From contig JBNGIO010006239.1 of the NCBI GenBank assembly GCA_049999805.1, forward strand, positions 175,412 through 239,411: DNA of 64,000 nucleotides, read 5' to 3'. A model generated the notes under the pieces. The model did no database searches and was not told where the DNA came from. It saw only the letters and a list, made by a program, of their open reading frames with translations. This stretch comes from Folioceros fuciformis. Its lineage: Eukaryota. Position 1 is the stretch's first letter. The number at the start of each line of letters is the position of its first letter. Positions 51,819 to 64,000 of this stretch are shown one piece after another. A program made the translations under genes and the position numbers.

Positions 51819-53640
51819 CTCCAAGCCAGCCAGGTGGTATTGTATCCTTCGCAGCACCTCTCGCGAGATGTATCTGTCTCCGATCCCTCACTTAATCACG
51901 AGCCCTTCCCACGGGGAACTTGAGTGTCCTCTGCCGCAGTCATATTTGCACGTCCTATTGGGACAGGACAAACCTCAAAGTAAGCAACGCGCATACTGCC
52001 GACCACGGTGCACAGGACAGAGGAAGATCTGGACAGCGAGCCCGCTTCGCCACTACGTCCCGGGTAGTAGACTCGATGGGCCTCCCAAACGGTGAATCGA
52101 AATGCCAGGGTAATACTAGGCTCGACCCGCGCTGCCCTTTGGTCCAGTTTCATTTCTTTGTCTTTTCTTCTTTGTCTCGTTGGGGTTGCTCATATGTTTG
52201 TGCGCACTTCTTCTCCTCTCTCCAAATTTTTTAGCTTTTTTTTCTTTTCTTTAAATATGTTTATCGTTCACCTACAACATTCAACCTTCCCTAGTGCATA
52301 CTTTCAACATGTCCAGTCAGTAGTCAGTAGGAAGGTATTATTCCTTCACTTGGAAGGGCTTCCCCTACCGACTTCCAACTACCTACACCCAACACCTTTC
52401 CCCAAGTCTCCNNNNNNNNNNACCTTTCCCCAAGTCTCCTCACAACACCTTCCCTACAATCCAACTTCGCGCTTCCCTATGTTCAACACTCTCAACCAAA
52501 CATCACAAGAACCTTTGCGATCGGCATCAGAAAGGGCACTCGCAGCTCCCCCTTCTGTTAGGATGTCCACGCTCACTATTCGTCACGAAACACTTACAAT
52601 CCAAAAAACAGGCTGTCTGCTCAAGTCCTTCGTTCTACTCATATAGGATGGCAGACGGCTTCCCACCTATTACTAGCCGCCGCCAACTATAACTACGCAC
52701 ACCTACCAAGAGGCTAAGACCTACCAATAATTGCAAGGGCATTGCCCACTAATGAAGATTAGGATTGTCGATGCCACCATGGAAGATTCGTTGACCCCCT
52801 TTTCAAAAACGTGTGGCTAGGATGGTTCCTGAAGAGAGGCAGAGTCTGAAGGCTGAGCCACTGGGCCCCCCTCCATTATTGGGATTCGTCTTCTCTTGGA
52901 TCCACAAACTTCCACCGTACCTTCCTTTGTATGGATCTCTTGGGACATCCCTTCACCACCACCTATTGGTTCAATAGGGAAGGGATCCACTTGTTCTTTT
53001 GCTTGAGGTTCCTTCCCTACGTAGGGTGAGGATGTCCCCTTCGTAGGTAGGGTCCTTGTTGCTTCCTTCATAGGTAGGTTCCCTACCCCTCTTCTTATAG
53101 GTAGGTTCCCTACCATTCCCACCCACTGTCGTAGGTAAACTGCCTACCTCATTGCCGTAAGTGGGGTGTCTATCATATAAGTACCTTCCCTACCTACGTA
53201 GGTATCTTCCATTTTCCCCACGTAGGTACTCTCTCTCCGTATGTAGGTAGACATCCTACTATGTAGATACTTCTTATCCTAACCTACTAGAATAGAACTA
53301 AAAAAATCCATAAAATTAATCCCAAGGTCGTTGTAGGCTTCCCCGGAATCGCTCCCCTCTAAGCCTGGTCAGCTACGTCTATCGTTCCTTTACAATAGTC
53401 AACCCTCCCAACCACGTACCTACCAATCCTACAACACATCCAGTCAGTAGCTAGGCACCATTCCTTCACTTGGAAGGGCCCCAGTACTTCACCAGCCGCT
53501 CACTACCTACTATGGGCACTTGCCCAGAAAACCTACCTTCCACATGCCTCCCTTCGAACAGTTCTGAACAAAAAGAAACCAAGTTAGACTTTCCTCGACC
53601 AACTTTTCCATTTCACACTAGGATTAGGTAGAAAGCACCT

Positions 53641-53852
53641 AGTCGGCAAGGTCTTTGAAAAAGACTGCATATGCAAGCAAGGCAAATGCTATCAACCCTA
53701 GTGCAAGATGAGAAGTCAGCAAGGTCTTTGGAAGAGATTGCATATGCAAGCATGGCAAATGCTATCACCTTTAGTGCAAGATGAGAAGTGGAGGAAGAGA
53801 TTGCATATACAAGCTTGGCAAATGCTATCACCTTCAGTGTGAGATGAGAAGT
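53641..53852. repeat. ~73-bp tandem repeat, 3 copies (third shortened to ~63 bp)
   Basis: Core tgcatat(g/a)caagc..ggcaaatgctatca...agtg..agatgagaagt, with ggcaaatgct at 53681, 53754 and 53817. Confidence 0.85.
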
Positions 53853-56337
53853 AGAGACGGCAATATAGTACAACTTTTATGGTTTTGGTTGAGCAACTTC
53901 GTCCGTTTCTTATTCTTAGTTCTCCAAGAACTTCAATTCAACTTGAGAAAGTTGTTGTAATGGTGTTGTGTGGACTGGGAAGGGGGTTGCTCCATATAAA
54001 GTGAGCGTGAAATATGATGAAGGTCCCACATTACATATAGTATAGTAAAGTTTGTTCATAACTTATAGTAAAGTTAAAATATTATTTCAAGAGATAAACA
54101 ATCCATTAAAGACACCACTAGTGAAAGTCTCTATCGGTGGTTATAGCTGACGAACCTCCCTTCATTTAGAGCCCCCAAACTTTACGCTGCTTACGAAAGG
54201 GTCTCTAGGTTTATTATGAGCAGCACTTGAGGCCCTAGATGGAGCCATGCACGGAGGTTTAGGCTATGGATGGAGCCCTCACGCAAGCTCCAACCTTTGC
54301 ACGTAATCCTCAGCCTAACCCAAACCCATCCTAAACCCCCTCCAACCTTAAATCCTCAAAACCGATCACACGTCTATAGATTCTATCCTCCAAACCTACG
54401 TCTAAACCCGAAAAGCAAAAAGGCCTCCCAACTAGCAAGATAATGGCTAGTCAAAGCGGAAGAAGGTCTCTCTTTCTTTCTAAGCTTTAAAATCTTCATC
54501 TTAAGGGGTTGATGGAGTGTCGTGATTAAGTTGAGACGAAGTTTAAAAAGATGTTGACAATCCTCAATGCACCACCATTCATTCACGACAACAACATACA
54601 TGTAGCCTTCAAAACATGCCATTTTAATAACCTAGACCTTTGAGACATGCAATTTTGGAAAAGAGCACTTGCATTTCTAAATAAGAACTCTTCTCTTATG
54701 AAGTTCTAATGGATATACCAAAGCTTTCTCTCGGCTTTGCTTTTCTTTTACTTGTCCAAAGCCATGTTTTATGTTTCTTGTAGTACTACTGCTATATGAA
54801 GTGCTCTCAACCTTCAAATTCACACAACTTCTTAAATGTTGTCCATTATTCCCTAAGTTTTCAGTACAATGTCAACTGCTTAACCCACTTATTTAAATAG
54901 AACCTTATTCCAATAACTAAGAACCGTTCAACCATTTTTACAATAAATGCATCAAGATGATGTATTTTCCACAAGGGGTGTGTATGAGGGTGGAGGAAAG
55001 AGCAATGGTTGTCCAACACCTTTGACTCAACCCTCACCTTGACTCCCCTTTGATGCTCTTGAGTTATAGGCTTAGCATGCTTATAGATTTTTTTTTTGTA
55101 GTTATAATGGTATAAAGCATGGGTCTATATCAAGCATTTTACAAAGCGGCCATGATGAACCACACTATAAGTTTTTCAAAATACTATATAAAATTCAAAA
55201 TCATATTATGTGGGATGCTGCAAATGGGTCCTCAAAATTAAATATAATGCTGACAGAACCATAGAATGCTACAAAGCGTAATCAGCTGCCAAAAACTATT
55301 CGTAGGTTGAAGTTATTAATTATAAATAGAATTTTTCACCAGTTCATAAACTTCTGAATGTTCAGTTTTTTCTTGCTCTTGCTACATATTAGAATCTTAA
55401 TATGTGTTAAATAGGTGTTAAGACTTACTTTCTAAATAGGATTTGGATAAAGAAATCTATATATGGAGCAAACTCTAATGTTTAATAATACTATGCAATA
55501 TAGTCTTCACAACTATATTTAATTTGTTCTTTCAAGTCATTTTTCCATAAACTACTATAACAATGTTTTCTAAATGTTGTTACATCTCGTTCATCTAGGT
55601 CTAGTAGCATTGGAATAAAAAGGCATAATATATTTGTTTTTAAATTATGAGCTTAAATTACGCATAGATAATATGCATTTAGACCAATTCAAACTCAATT
55701 GTGACCATTTTCTTTTCTAAAAGAGGTTAATGTTCTCCTTACAACACAAGAAACATAGCACTGTGTAGCAACAATATTAAAAAAGAGAACTTCCCATCTT
55801 TGCTAAAGCTAAGAGCTTAACCCTCTCCAATAGTTTTTCTCCTTAGCTACTCTCCTACAACTTACATCTTTAAGCGTTCACAAACGATGCCTTCTCAGTA
55901 CTTGGAATCTAAGCGTATCCTTTGCCCTAAGCTAAGCTATTCTCATTTTATTCCAAGGCTCAAAAAGAAACCATCAACTTTAGGCTATGAACCAAATCTT
56001 CATTACTACTTTCCTCAATAAAGCTTTGTTATTATATTAAATTTGATTTACTATACTTTTATTAATTACCATATCAAAATTTTGTGAAACTAATACCTAA
56101 GGCGTATTGTGCGAAGCATTTATAAGCTATAATTAACGATGGAGAGATAATATTTGATGGAATTTGAAATACTTAATTCTCCATCACCCTTGGATGGTAA
56201 TGTTGACAAAGTTCTTCAAAGCCCATGAGTACAATCAACGCCAACTGTTGCTCTTGATTGAGTTTGGTGTTCTTACAACTTGAGATGTCCACAATGTGTT
56301 TATATGCCTTCTCACAATGTAAATTGCTCAAGATATA

Positions 56338-56609
56338 TCTCCAATTCTTGCCATGGTGTAGATACAAGGCAAAGACCATTATACTTCTAATTCTTGCCAT
56401 GGTGTGGATACAAGGCAAAGACCATTATATTTCTAATTCTTGCGATGGTGTGGATATAAGACAAAAACGATTATACATCTAATTCTTGCCATAGTGTAGA
56501 TACAAGCAAACACCATTATATCTCCAATTTTTGTTATGGTGTGGATATAACGCGAAGACCATTATACCTCCAATTCTTACCATGGTGTAAATACAAGGGA
56601 AAGACCATT
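56338..56609. repeat. 46-bp minisatellite, about 6 copies
   Basis: Unit aattcttgccatggtgt(a/g)gatacaaggcaaagaccattata... starts at 56343, 56389, 56435, 56481, 56526 and 56572. Confidence 0.9.
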
Positions 56610-57889
56610 TTTGGAATGGCATATAGCTTGTCACGAAGAAAAAAAATTATTTGTATTAATATTATATAATTATTATTTAAATATTAATATTATTAATATT
56701 ATTTAAATAATCACAAGAACATTACTTATCCTCAATGCTCCAAATCTACAAGACTCTCTCTCTTAGTCATGATAGAAGAACATAGAATAGTGCTTATGAG
56801 GGATAAAGGTAGTGTTTTTAGTTTAGATTGAGGTTTCCTATCTATTTCTGGTTGGCATGAGAGTTAGGCACTAAATTATTAGTAGCTTGTTAAGTTTCTT
56901 TAGTTCTAGCTTCTTCTTTTTTTGTGAAAAATTTTGTATATCTTGTGAATATTATTACGTATGTTATTAGAACTGCCACTTAGGCAAGGGCACACCTCCT
57001 ATAATTCACTATTATACAAGTTCCAAATCGAATGCAGAGAAATATTTGATATGTTCTACCCTCTCCACAACACGAGTGGTTCTAGTGAATTCATTTTCTA
57101 GGAGTGAGGAAGCCCGTAAACAAGCACTCCTTTTTAGACTTTTGCGGGGCTATCATTTGTGCTTCCTTTGCAAATATTAAAAGATACTTCTATATGCACC
57201 ACAACAAAGTCTTAACCAGGGTTGGCTCCCTACTCCCATAGACAATCGACATCCAGTTGAGCCACAAAATTAGATAGGTAAGACTTCTACAACGAGTCCC
57301 ATCTTTGTTGTTGAAGTACTGGCTCTAAACCAAAGAGGGCTGATTGCTATGTGATCTCAAAATGATCCATCTAGAAGAGGCATTTTGACTCATTACCAAC
57401 CTTCCTCCAAATCGTTTAAGCATAATCATACTGGAAGAAGAGGTTTGAACTTTTTGTTTGGTGTGCCCACACTATATAACTTGCAAAATTCTCCTACCAC
57501 CTCTAACAGACAATCCCACTCCTCACCCATTAGAAGGTAGGCTTAGAAGCAGCACCAAGTCAAGAGCCTGACTTTTGGAGAGATACCCATGGTCGACCAC
57601 AAAAGGTGTATAGCAACTCTCTGGCGTTGCCTAGATAATTTTAATTTGGGAGCCATCAACTTTCGCTTACTAATTAAATCCTAAGCTCTCTACAACCAAA
57701 CCAACTAAATGGTATTCCTCTATTGTACAATAGTTGAAGAAAGACCGAAAGCACTCAAGATTGTGTCCTAGGCGATTAGGCTGTCAAAATAGGTTCGACT
57801 GCATGGTAAGCTCCGAGAGGACTGTCTCTAAACATCACTAAACATGGTATTAGAACACATATGAACAAATAGACTATTTGGTTATGTGC

Positions 57890-58520
57890 AGTACTTGATC
57901 AATATTGGCCCTTTATACTTGGACCAATATTGGCAAAAAGGCTAAAGTGGATGAGCCATTGATATTACTCTTTGTGATTCACCAATATTGGTATAGAGTT
58001 AAAATGGACGAGCCACCAATATTGGCCCTTTGTATTTGACGAATATTGACAAATGGCTAAAGTGGATGAGCCATCAATATTGGCCCTTTGTATTTGACGA
58101 ATATTGGCAAAAGGGCTAAAGTGGACGAGCCACCGATGTTGGCCCTTTGTGATTGACCATATTGTTAAAGGGCTAAAGTGGACGAGCCACCAATATTGGC
58201 CCTTTGTACTTGACCAATCTTGGCAAAGGGCTGAAGTGGACGAAGGCCCTTTGTACTTGACAAATATTGTTAGAGGGCTAAAGTGGACGAGCCACCCATA
58301 TTGGACCTTTGTACTTGAGCAATATTGGCAAAGGGTTAAAGTGGACGAGCCACCAATATTGACCATTTGTACTTCACCAACATTGGCAAAGGGCTAAAGT
58401 GGACAAACCAACAATAGTGGCAATGGGCTAAAGTGAGCGAGTCACCAATATTGGCCCTTTATACTTGACCAGTATTGGCCCTTTACACTTGACCAGTATT
58501 GGCAATGGGCTGAAGTGAAA
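57890..58520. repeat. ~58-bp minisatellite, about 11 copies, some truncated
   Basis: Anchor g(c/t)taaagtgga at 57941, 57998, 58056, 58115, 58172, 58230, 58277, 58335 and 58393. Consensus is approximately ccaatattggccctttgtacttgaccaatattggcaaagggctaaagtggacgagcca. Confidence 0.92.
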
Positions 58521-59371
58521 GTCTGCTTCAGTTTGAGTAAAATAAGAGAGTACTTATAAAATTTGATAGATATTCAGCCAGATTCGTAACACATAACAAC
58601 AACTCCACCGCACTTGTGTGTCCAGTATGGTATTCCATGCCCCCGGAAAAAGAGGGTAAAAATGACACCCCCTTCAATTACCCCTCATTTCGTGTATCCA
58701 GCCACTCGAGAGAGTTTCATCAAGTATGTCCGCTGTGAGCGGTACGTACGATGTGTTCAGAATAACATCTAACAGCCCCCCTATTCTCTCTTTGGGTACG
58801 GGGCTGTGCCGCTTGAAGAACTGTTTCATACTCTGCACGCTCGACCCAGTCCCCGATTATTTAACGCGTTGAGAAATTTGAATGCCCAGCTTCTGTCAGC
58901 CGTGGTCTTTGTTAATTTCATTAACAGACACATTATTATACGTAATCAATGTAGTACAATCAACAATCATTGAACATATGTTAATTAACCCTCATACCTG
59001 ATTGAGATTGCTTTATGCTTCCTCCGGACAGGGAGTAGCTGTCAGGCACCCTGTGACGCCAGAGTTTTGATCTCCACAGTTTGCATCGCAACTCAGGAGC
59101 AAGGAGCATGCTGCGCAACAGTAGTGCGTCCAAACCTCTTGGACTTTTTGGTTCACTGGAGAGGATGAAGCCCAGTGTGGAGCCGTGACCTCCATGGAGA
59201 AGCCCTGACACAACTTGGGAACTGGGAACGAGGACTTCATGGACCAAGAAAATGAATAGCATCGTCCAGACGCGAATTACATAACAAGGCCAAAAAATTG
59301 AAGAAACACTGAGTACACCAATGGAGTGCCGAAGTCCAGAGGACGGAGATGAGGTCTCCAGGAACAGCCGG

Positions 59372-62114
59372 TTAAGCAGTCCTCCACACAGGACGCCGGA
59401 GCCAACCCCAAAGCTGTCCGGCCTTCCTTCCCCACAACCATCTGGCAACACTGTAGTCTTCTCGGACCCGCCTTGTGCTAGCTCTCCAGTCAAACTTCTC
59501 CACTTCTTCCCTGGCAGCTGTCGCCATCTTCTGTCTGAGCTCATGTGAGTGGATGAGCTGGTTCACTTTCGTGACACAGTCATCCAAGTCGCCAGGGGTG
59601 AAGAGGTAGCCGGTCTCGCCTTCTCTGGTGACAATGTCAGGGATTCCACCTGCGCGAGCTGCTACAACCGCCACCCCAGAGGCCATCGCTTCAAGAACTA
59701 CGAAACCCAACGTCTCCGTCACGGAAGGAGTGATGAAGATGTCACCACTTGCATAAGCTTGTGACAGGGGCTCTCCAGACAGCATTCCAGCGAAGGTCAC
59801 GGGCATGCCCTGGAACATCCGCTCCAGCTCTTTCCTGTGGGTGAGAGTGAATTAGTTCATCAAATCGATACTGCAATATATGATGAACGAAGAGGCTATA
59901 AGTCACAGCCCTGCATAAACCGAGAGTAGAACAGCCAGACATAATACCTGTAGGGTCCATCACCGACAAATGCAAGACGGGCATTGGGGATTCTTTCCAA
60001 CATCCTGCAAAACAGCCGGCCAACTGATCAGAGGACTGTCTCTACACTCACAAGAGGCCTCTGTCCAAGTACTTTAGTCATTACCCTTTCAAAAAGTCCA
60101 AATTTTTCTCCGCTCCAAGGCGACCAACATGGACGATGAGAGGTTTCTCTGGTTCACCACCACTGACAAGAAACATCCAGACGATGAATCACGAGATCAT
60201 TGTGCTTTGGTTGATGAAGTCACATTAATTTGGCAGACACTACACCCGCTCTAACCTGAGCTGTCGTCTCATTTCCTGGCTCTTGAACCTTGGATTGAAA
60301 CTTTCCGAGTCAACGCCTTTCTGCCATACTTTTATCCTCTCAGCTGCAACGCCCAATATATACGTATTGTTGGGAATGAAACTGACCATTCAGGACGAAA
60401 CGAAACCTTATTACGACCAATACCTACCAGCAGCAGCACCGGCAGCCTTGAGTTCCCTCCCCAGAGCGTGGGAAGTCACAAGTGTAAGGTCTGCCGCTCT
60501 GTGCAACAGCTCTGCAAACAAATGTGAGTCTAGCGTGTCAGCCGGCGTACACACTACCAGAAGTACGAATTCGTTCAATCACATGCTGGAACTTTTAATT
60601 CTTCGAAGGAAGGACCTAGGTGGGACTTGGGCTTACTGATCACTAGCCACATGGGCTTTACAAGCCAGCTGAATGTATATTTGGGGATATATCTGCACAA
60701 GTGTGAGACACGAAAGACCATCAAAGAGACGCACACACACTAAAAGCGGAACGAATTGAGCAACAGATATGCAACCACAAGCACTGGTGACCAAGGAACT
60801 TGAAACTTACAAAGGGACGTGGGTGTGATAAGACATTACAAGTGGGACACGCAAGAGCTTGGCAATAACAAGAGCTCCAAAGACCTGCACACACAGTTCG
60901 GCATCGGTTAAATTTCCTGGACCCATATCCACTGTCTTAGGCAGACCAGAAGCTGCATGTTAGTAAGATATGAGGATTCATACCATGATTCCTGGAGATG
61001 TACAGTGAATGATATCAGGCTTGAAATCTGCAACCTGGCGGAAGATGCGAGGGCTAAGTGCTAGAGAGAGGAAGAGGACGTTGTACCAAGGGCACGGAAA
61101 ACTGCATATCACAACCAACCGCGAGTGATCAAGATAACTTGCAATCTTGTCTATCCACTTGCACACAATACAATCTGGAAGCACCCTTCATACCTCCAGG
61201 AGCCGACAACTTTTGCACCGTGAAAGTCTTGAGGAACACCTTTGTCAGTTGTCACTATCAGAACCTAAATCCAAGTTTTGACATCAGCAGAGAGATTTCA
61301 GAACTTCTGTAAAAACTCAAGGAAGGCAGGGACTGGCACAAACAATAAACCTGAAGCCTCAGCTACGGTATTGGCAGCAGTCATGGCTACTCACCTCGTC
61401 TCCCAACTCCCTGAGGCCCTTGATCAAGTTTTGAAAACGGTTTTTGTATCCGGACACATATCTGAACAAAATGGATAACACTCTCGTCACAATCGGGGTC
61501 TGAAATAGGAAACAGGGGTGAGCTCTAACCTCCTGATCCACTCAGCCTATACATCAATCTGCGACCCATCGGTATAACATACATGGTCTGAAGTTTGCAC
61601 GGTGGACAGACTCATCAACTGAGAGAGACACTCACGCAAAAGGAGACGGCTCCACAAACAGCGCAATACGATGCGGTTTATTTCCCCATTCCTGGACATA
61701 CTCCTGCTGAGAGAGGACCAAAGCCGAATCGGCGCCACTAGCTCCAGGAGCGCCAGCTCCTCGTCCTGTTGAGTCAGGCTGTGCATTCCCGAAGGGAGAT
61801 TTGGCACCCAAGAGAGGTGTGAACGGTTGGAACCAGCCTCCACTTGGAGAAGGGGACCTGCCCGGCCGTGGTTGAGAAGAATTGAAAACTCCCAGTTGTT
61901 TTGACCCTCCGATGTGACTCCCATACATCTGGGGTCGGCCCAGAGATTTGCTAAGGGAGTCCAATTCTCTGGCACCCAAGAACTCACACACTTGTAGACT
62001 CCCCTTATCAGGAAATCGTGCTACACTGTGTGCAGCCACACAGCTCTGGCAAGGCGCCTGATATCCCAGGGAACTAGAGCAGGTAGCACACGCAGGCTTT
62101 ACAATGCAACTCAT
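59372..62114 (-). CDS. SQD2: Sulfoquinovosyltransferase SQD2 (GT4 sulfolipid synthase); multi-exon
   Basis: RIALFVEPSPFA|YVSGYKNRFQN, FPCPWY, SLALSPRI, KPDIIHCTSPGIM, SYHTHVP, LSQAYASGDIFITPSVTETLGFVVLEAMASG, EKFDWRAST. Stop at 59372-59374; start at 62114 is tentative. Confidence 0.93.
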
Positions 62115-62970
62115 GGTCACTCCACAGCAGCAACACACACTTCCAAACCAAAACTCCCCGGATCGCTCAGAAAATACGTCGATGCTCCTGAGCTGCAGCA
62201 GCTTGAATTCTCGCTACTGCTCGCCCTCTGATACTGCGAATCCGAGGTCTTCAGAACAAACCCCCAGAGTGAGGTTGGCGAAGGTGGGAAGGCGATGAAC
62301 AGCATCCGCGATTCATCTGAGTAGATATTCGAAAACGGCATTGGCATCCTGGATATGCTTGGTTTTTTTTTTGCCAGTCCTGGCCAAAGGGATATGTGAC
62401 GAATATAACTGCACGGTCTGGTGTCCCCTTCTGTCCGTGCACGCTCTGTGTAGCCCAATTGGCGTAGACCAGATTCAGCTTCTGGGCTCTTCCCCTCAAT
62501 TGGCTAAAGTTATCTTAGGTGATAGCCAATGGGACAAGTCCACGCTTCCATATAGAAAACCCGCTGTACCGCATCGTCCACAAGTAAAAGGTCTCCTCAA
62601 CCACAACAGAGTGTGGAAGTGCTTACACGAATGCCTAGTAAAATGGACTCTAATAGAATTCTTCTAGAGTCAAGTGATGGAGATCAATTTCCAGACATTA
62701 GAAAGGGTAATCTGGCTGTATGTTTCATCACGTTACGAAGGTGACACTAGGCGAGACAGTGATACACAGGGAGAGATTGAACATTCCTGTCTGGATTCCT
62801 TGGAAGCCCTTTCGAACTGTGGCCGGACATGACATGATCAAGGATGAAAATGCAGAATGAAAACTGACCAACACCTGTGGTCATCAGAGAGACACACACG
62901 AAACATCATGATCATCACTTAACACGTTCCTATAGGAATGAAGACGAACTATACCTGTAAAAGTACAGGC

Positions 62971-64000
62971 TTAAGATGTGTTTTTATGAAGGAAAGCTAT
63001 GGCAAGGGCTACATGCAAGGCAGCACCTATTGGCAGGGCATCCTCGTCTATTCGAAAATAGGGTGAGTGGGGGAAGAAGGTGGACCCGAGTTCTTCGTTC
63101 CTGATGCCAAGCACAGTGAAAGCCCCTGGTATCCTTTGCAAATAGTACGAGAAGTCCTCAGATGCCATCACTTCCTTGCATGGGAGCACATTGCTCGCAC
63201 CCAACAGCTTCGTACCCACGTTAACAACATGATTGTACGAATGCATCTCGTTGATAACGGCCGGTGTCGGATCATAGGTGTCTTCGTGAAAATTTACTTT
63301 CGCTTTGCATCCAGACACAGCAGCTTGGCCCACAAAGACCTGCAAGAAAGCGGATTACTACAGAAAGGCCATAGTCCGTAGAGAGGTTGAGGTCAATGTT
63401 GCAACGCAAGTGGGAGGTACCTCCTCGATTCTCCGTTTCATTCTCGCGTATCCTTCATTGGAGAAGGTTCGCCAGCATCCCTTCACGATAGCGGAGTTAG
63501 GTATCACATTGAAAGCAGACCCAGCGTGGACGCTGGTTACAGATAGCACCTGTGGTGACAGCCAATTTCGTGAGAGGGGGTTACGGTACTGTTGGCGACC
63601 AATACCACAGGTGCTGAAAAGAGCCACTGTACCTCACTTTCAAGAGGATTCGTTTCTCTGGAGATAATATGTTGCAGATTTAGGATGGCGAGAGACGTCG
63701 CAAGAATGGCATCCTTGCTCTCATGAGGAAGAGCAGCATGCCCGCCTTTTCCTTCGATTTCAACCTCAAAGATACCACATGCTGCTAACATTGGCCCTGA
63801 CTTGATGGCAATCGAACCAGTGGGATAGTCGTTGCTGACATGGATCCCAAAGATGCCGTGTACTTTGTCTAGTACACCAGATTCCATGATAAGCTTAGCT
63901 CCAGCCCCACCTTCCTCGGCTGGCTGAAATACCAGAAGCACAGTGCCCTGCAACGCAGCAGAAGCGTCAGTGCATTCCTTGGTATACACCACATGGCAAA
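62971..64000 (-). CDS. M20 amidohydrolase, IAA-amino acid hydrolase ILR1/ILL-like; 3' part only
   Basis: GTVLLVFQPAEEGGAGA, IFGIHV, GKGGHAALPH, SRETNPLES, AFNVIP, MASEDFSYY, HSPYFRIDEDALPIGAALH. Stop at 62971-62973. Confidence 0.93.

Larger units (their letters stand above)
52100..58560. mobile_element. AT-rich, gene-free repeat island; probable degenerate transposon remnants, family not identifiable
   Basis: Sharp drop in GC and ORF density, several tandem arrays and a dispersed direct repeat. No intact transposase, RT or integrase motif was recognised. Confidence 0.45.

Noticed and set aside
52394-52439. 18-bp direct repeat acctttccccaagtctcc resembling a target-site duplication
   Set aside because: The two copies sit exactly on either side of a 10-N gap, so this is most likely a contig-overlap assembly artefact.
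57890-58520. Possible CRISPR array (regularly spaced palindromic repeats)
   Set aside because: The whole unit repeats with no unique spacers, there are no cas genes, and the context is eukaryotic. The same applies to the 46-bp, 73-bp and 37-bp arrays.

Overview
Gene-dense eukaryotic (land-plant) nuclear DNA with many short (~60-250 nt) GT-AG introns and three N gaps (3976-4075, 8491-8590, 52412-52421). A CEP135/Bld10 centriole gene and a PLS-class PPR gene with a 'PGxSWW' box suggest a seed-free plant with flagellated sperm, most plausibly a hornwort; this is inference. Genes in order: FtsH7/9-type protease (5' partial), GH3 beta-glucosidase, CHD6-9/Kismet-like remodeler, CEP135, GID8-like CTLH subunit, an intronless bacterial-type GlnT/GmaS gamma-glutamyl ligase, eIF2B-delta, PPR E+ protein, PIG3-type quinone oxidoreductase, PAM16, PYROXD2-like FAD oxidoreductase, PAL, molybdopterin synthase large subunit, CCB2, SQD2 and an ILR1-like M20 amidohydrolase (5' partial). 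An AT-rich repeat island with three minisatellites lies between CCB2 and SQD2 (~52.1-58.6 kb). The standout is 26779-28122, a single-exon gene that resembles bacterial gamma-glutamylmethylamide synthetase along its whole length and sits without a gap between two intron-containing plant genes: a candidate horizontally acquired alkylamine-glutamylation (methylamine/theanine-type) activity in a plant. All homology calls come from recalled family motifs, not database searches, and exon boundaries were read by eye.
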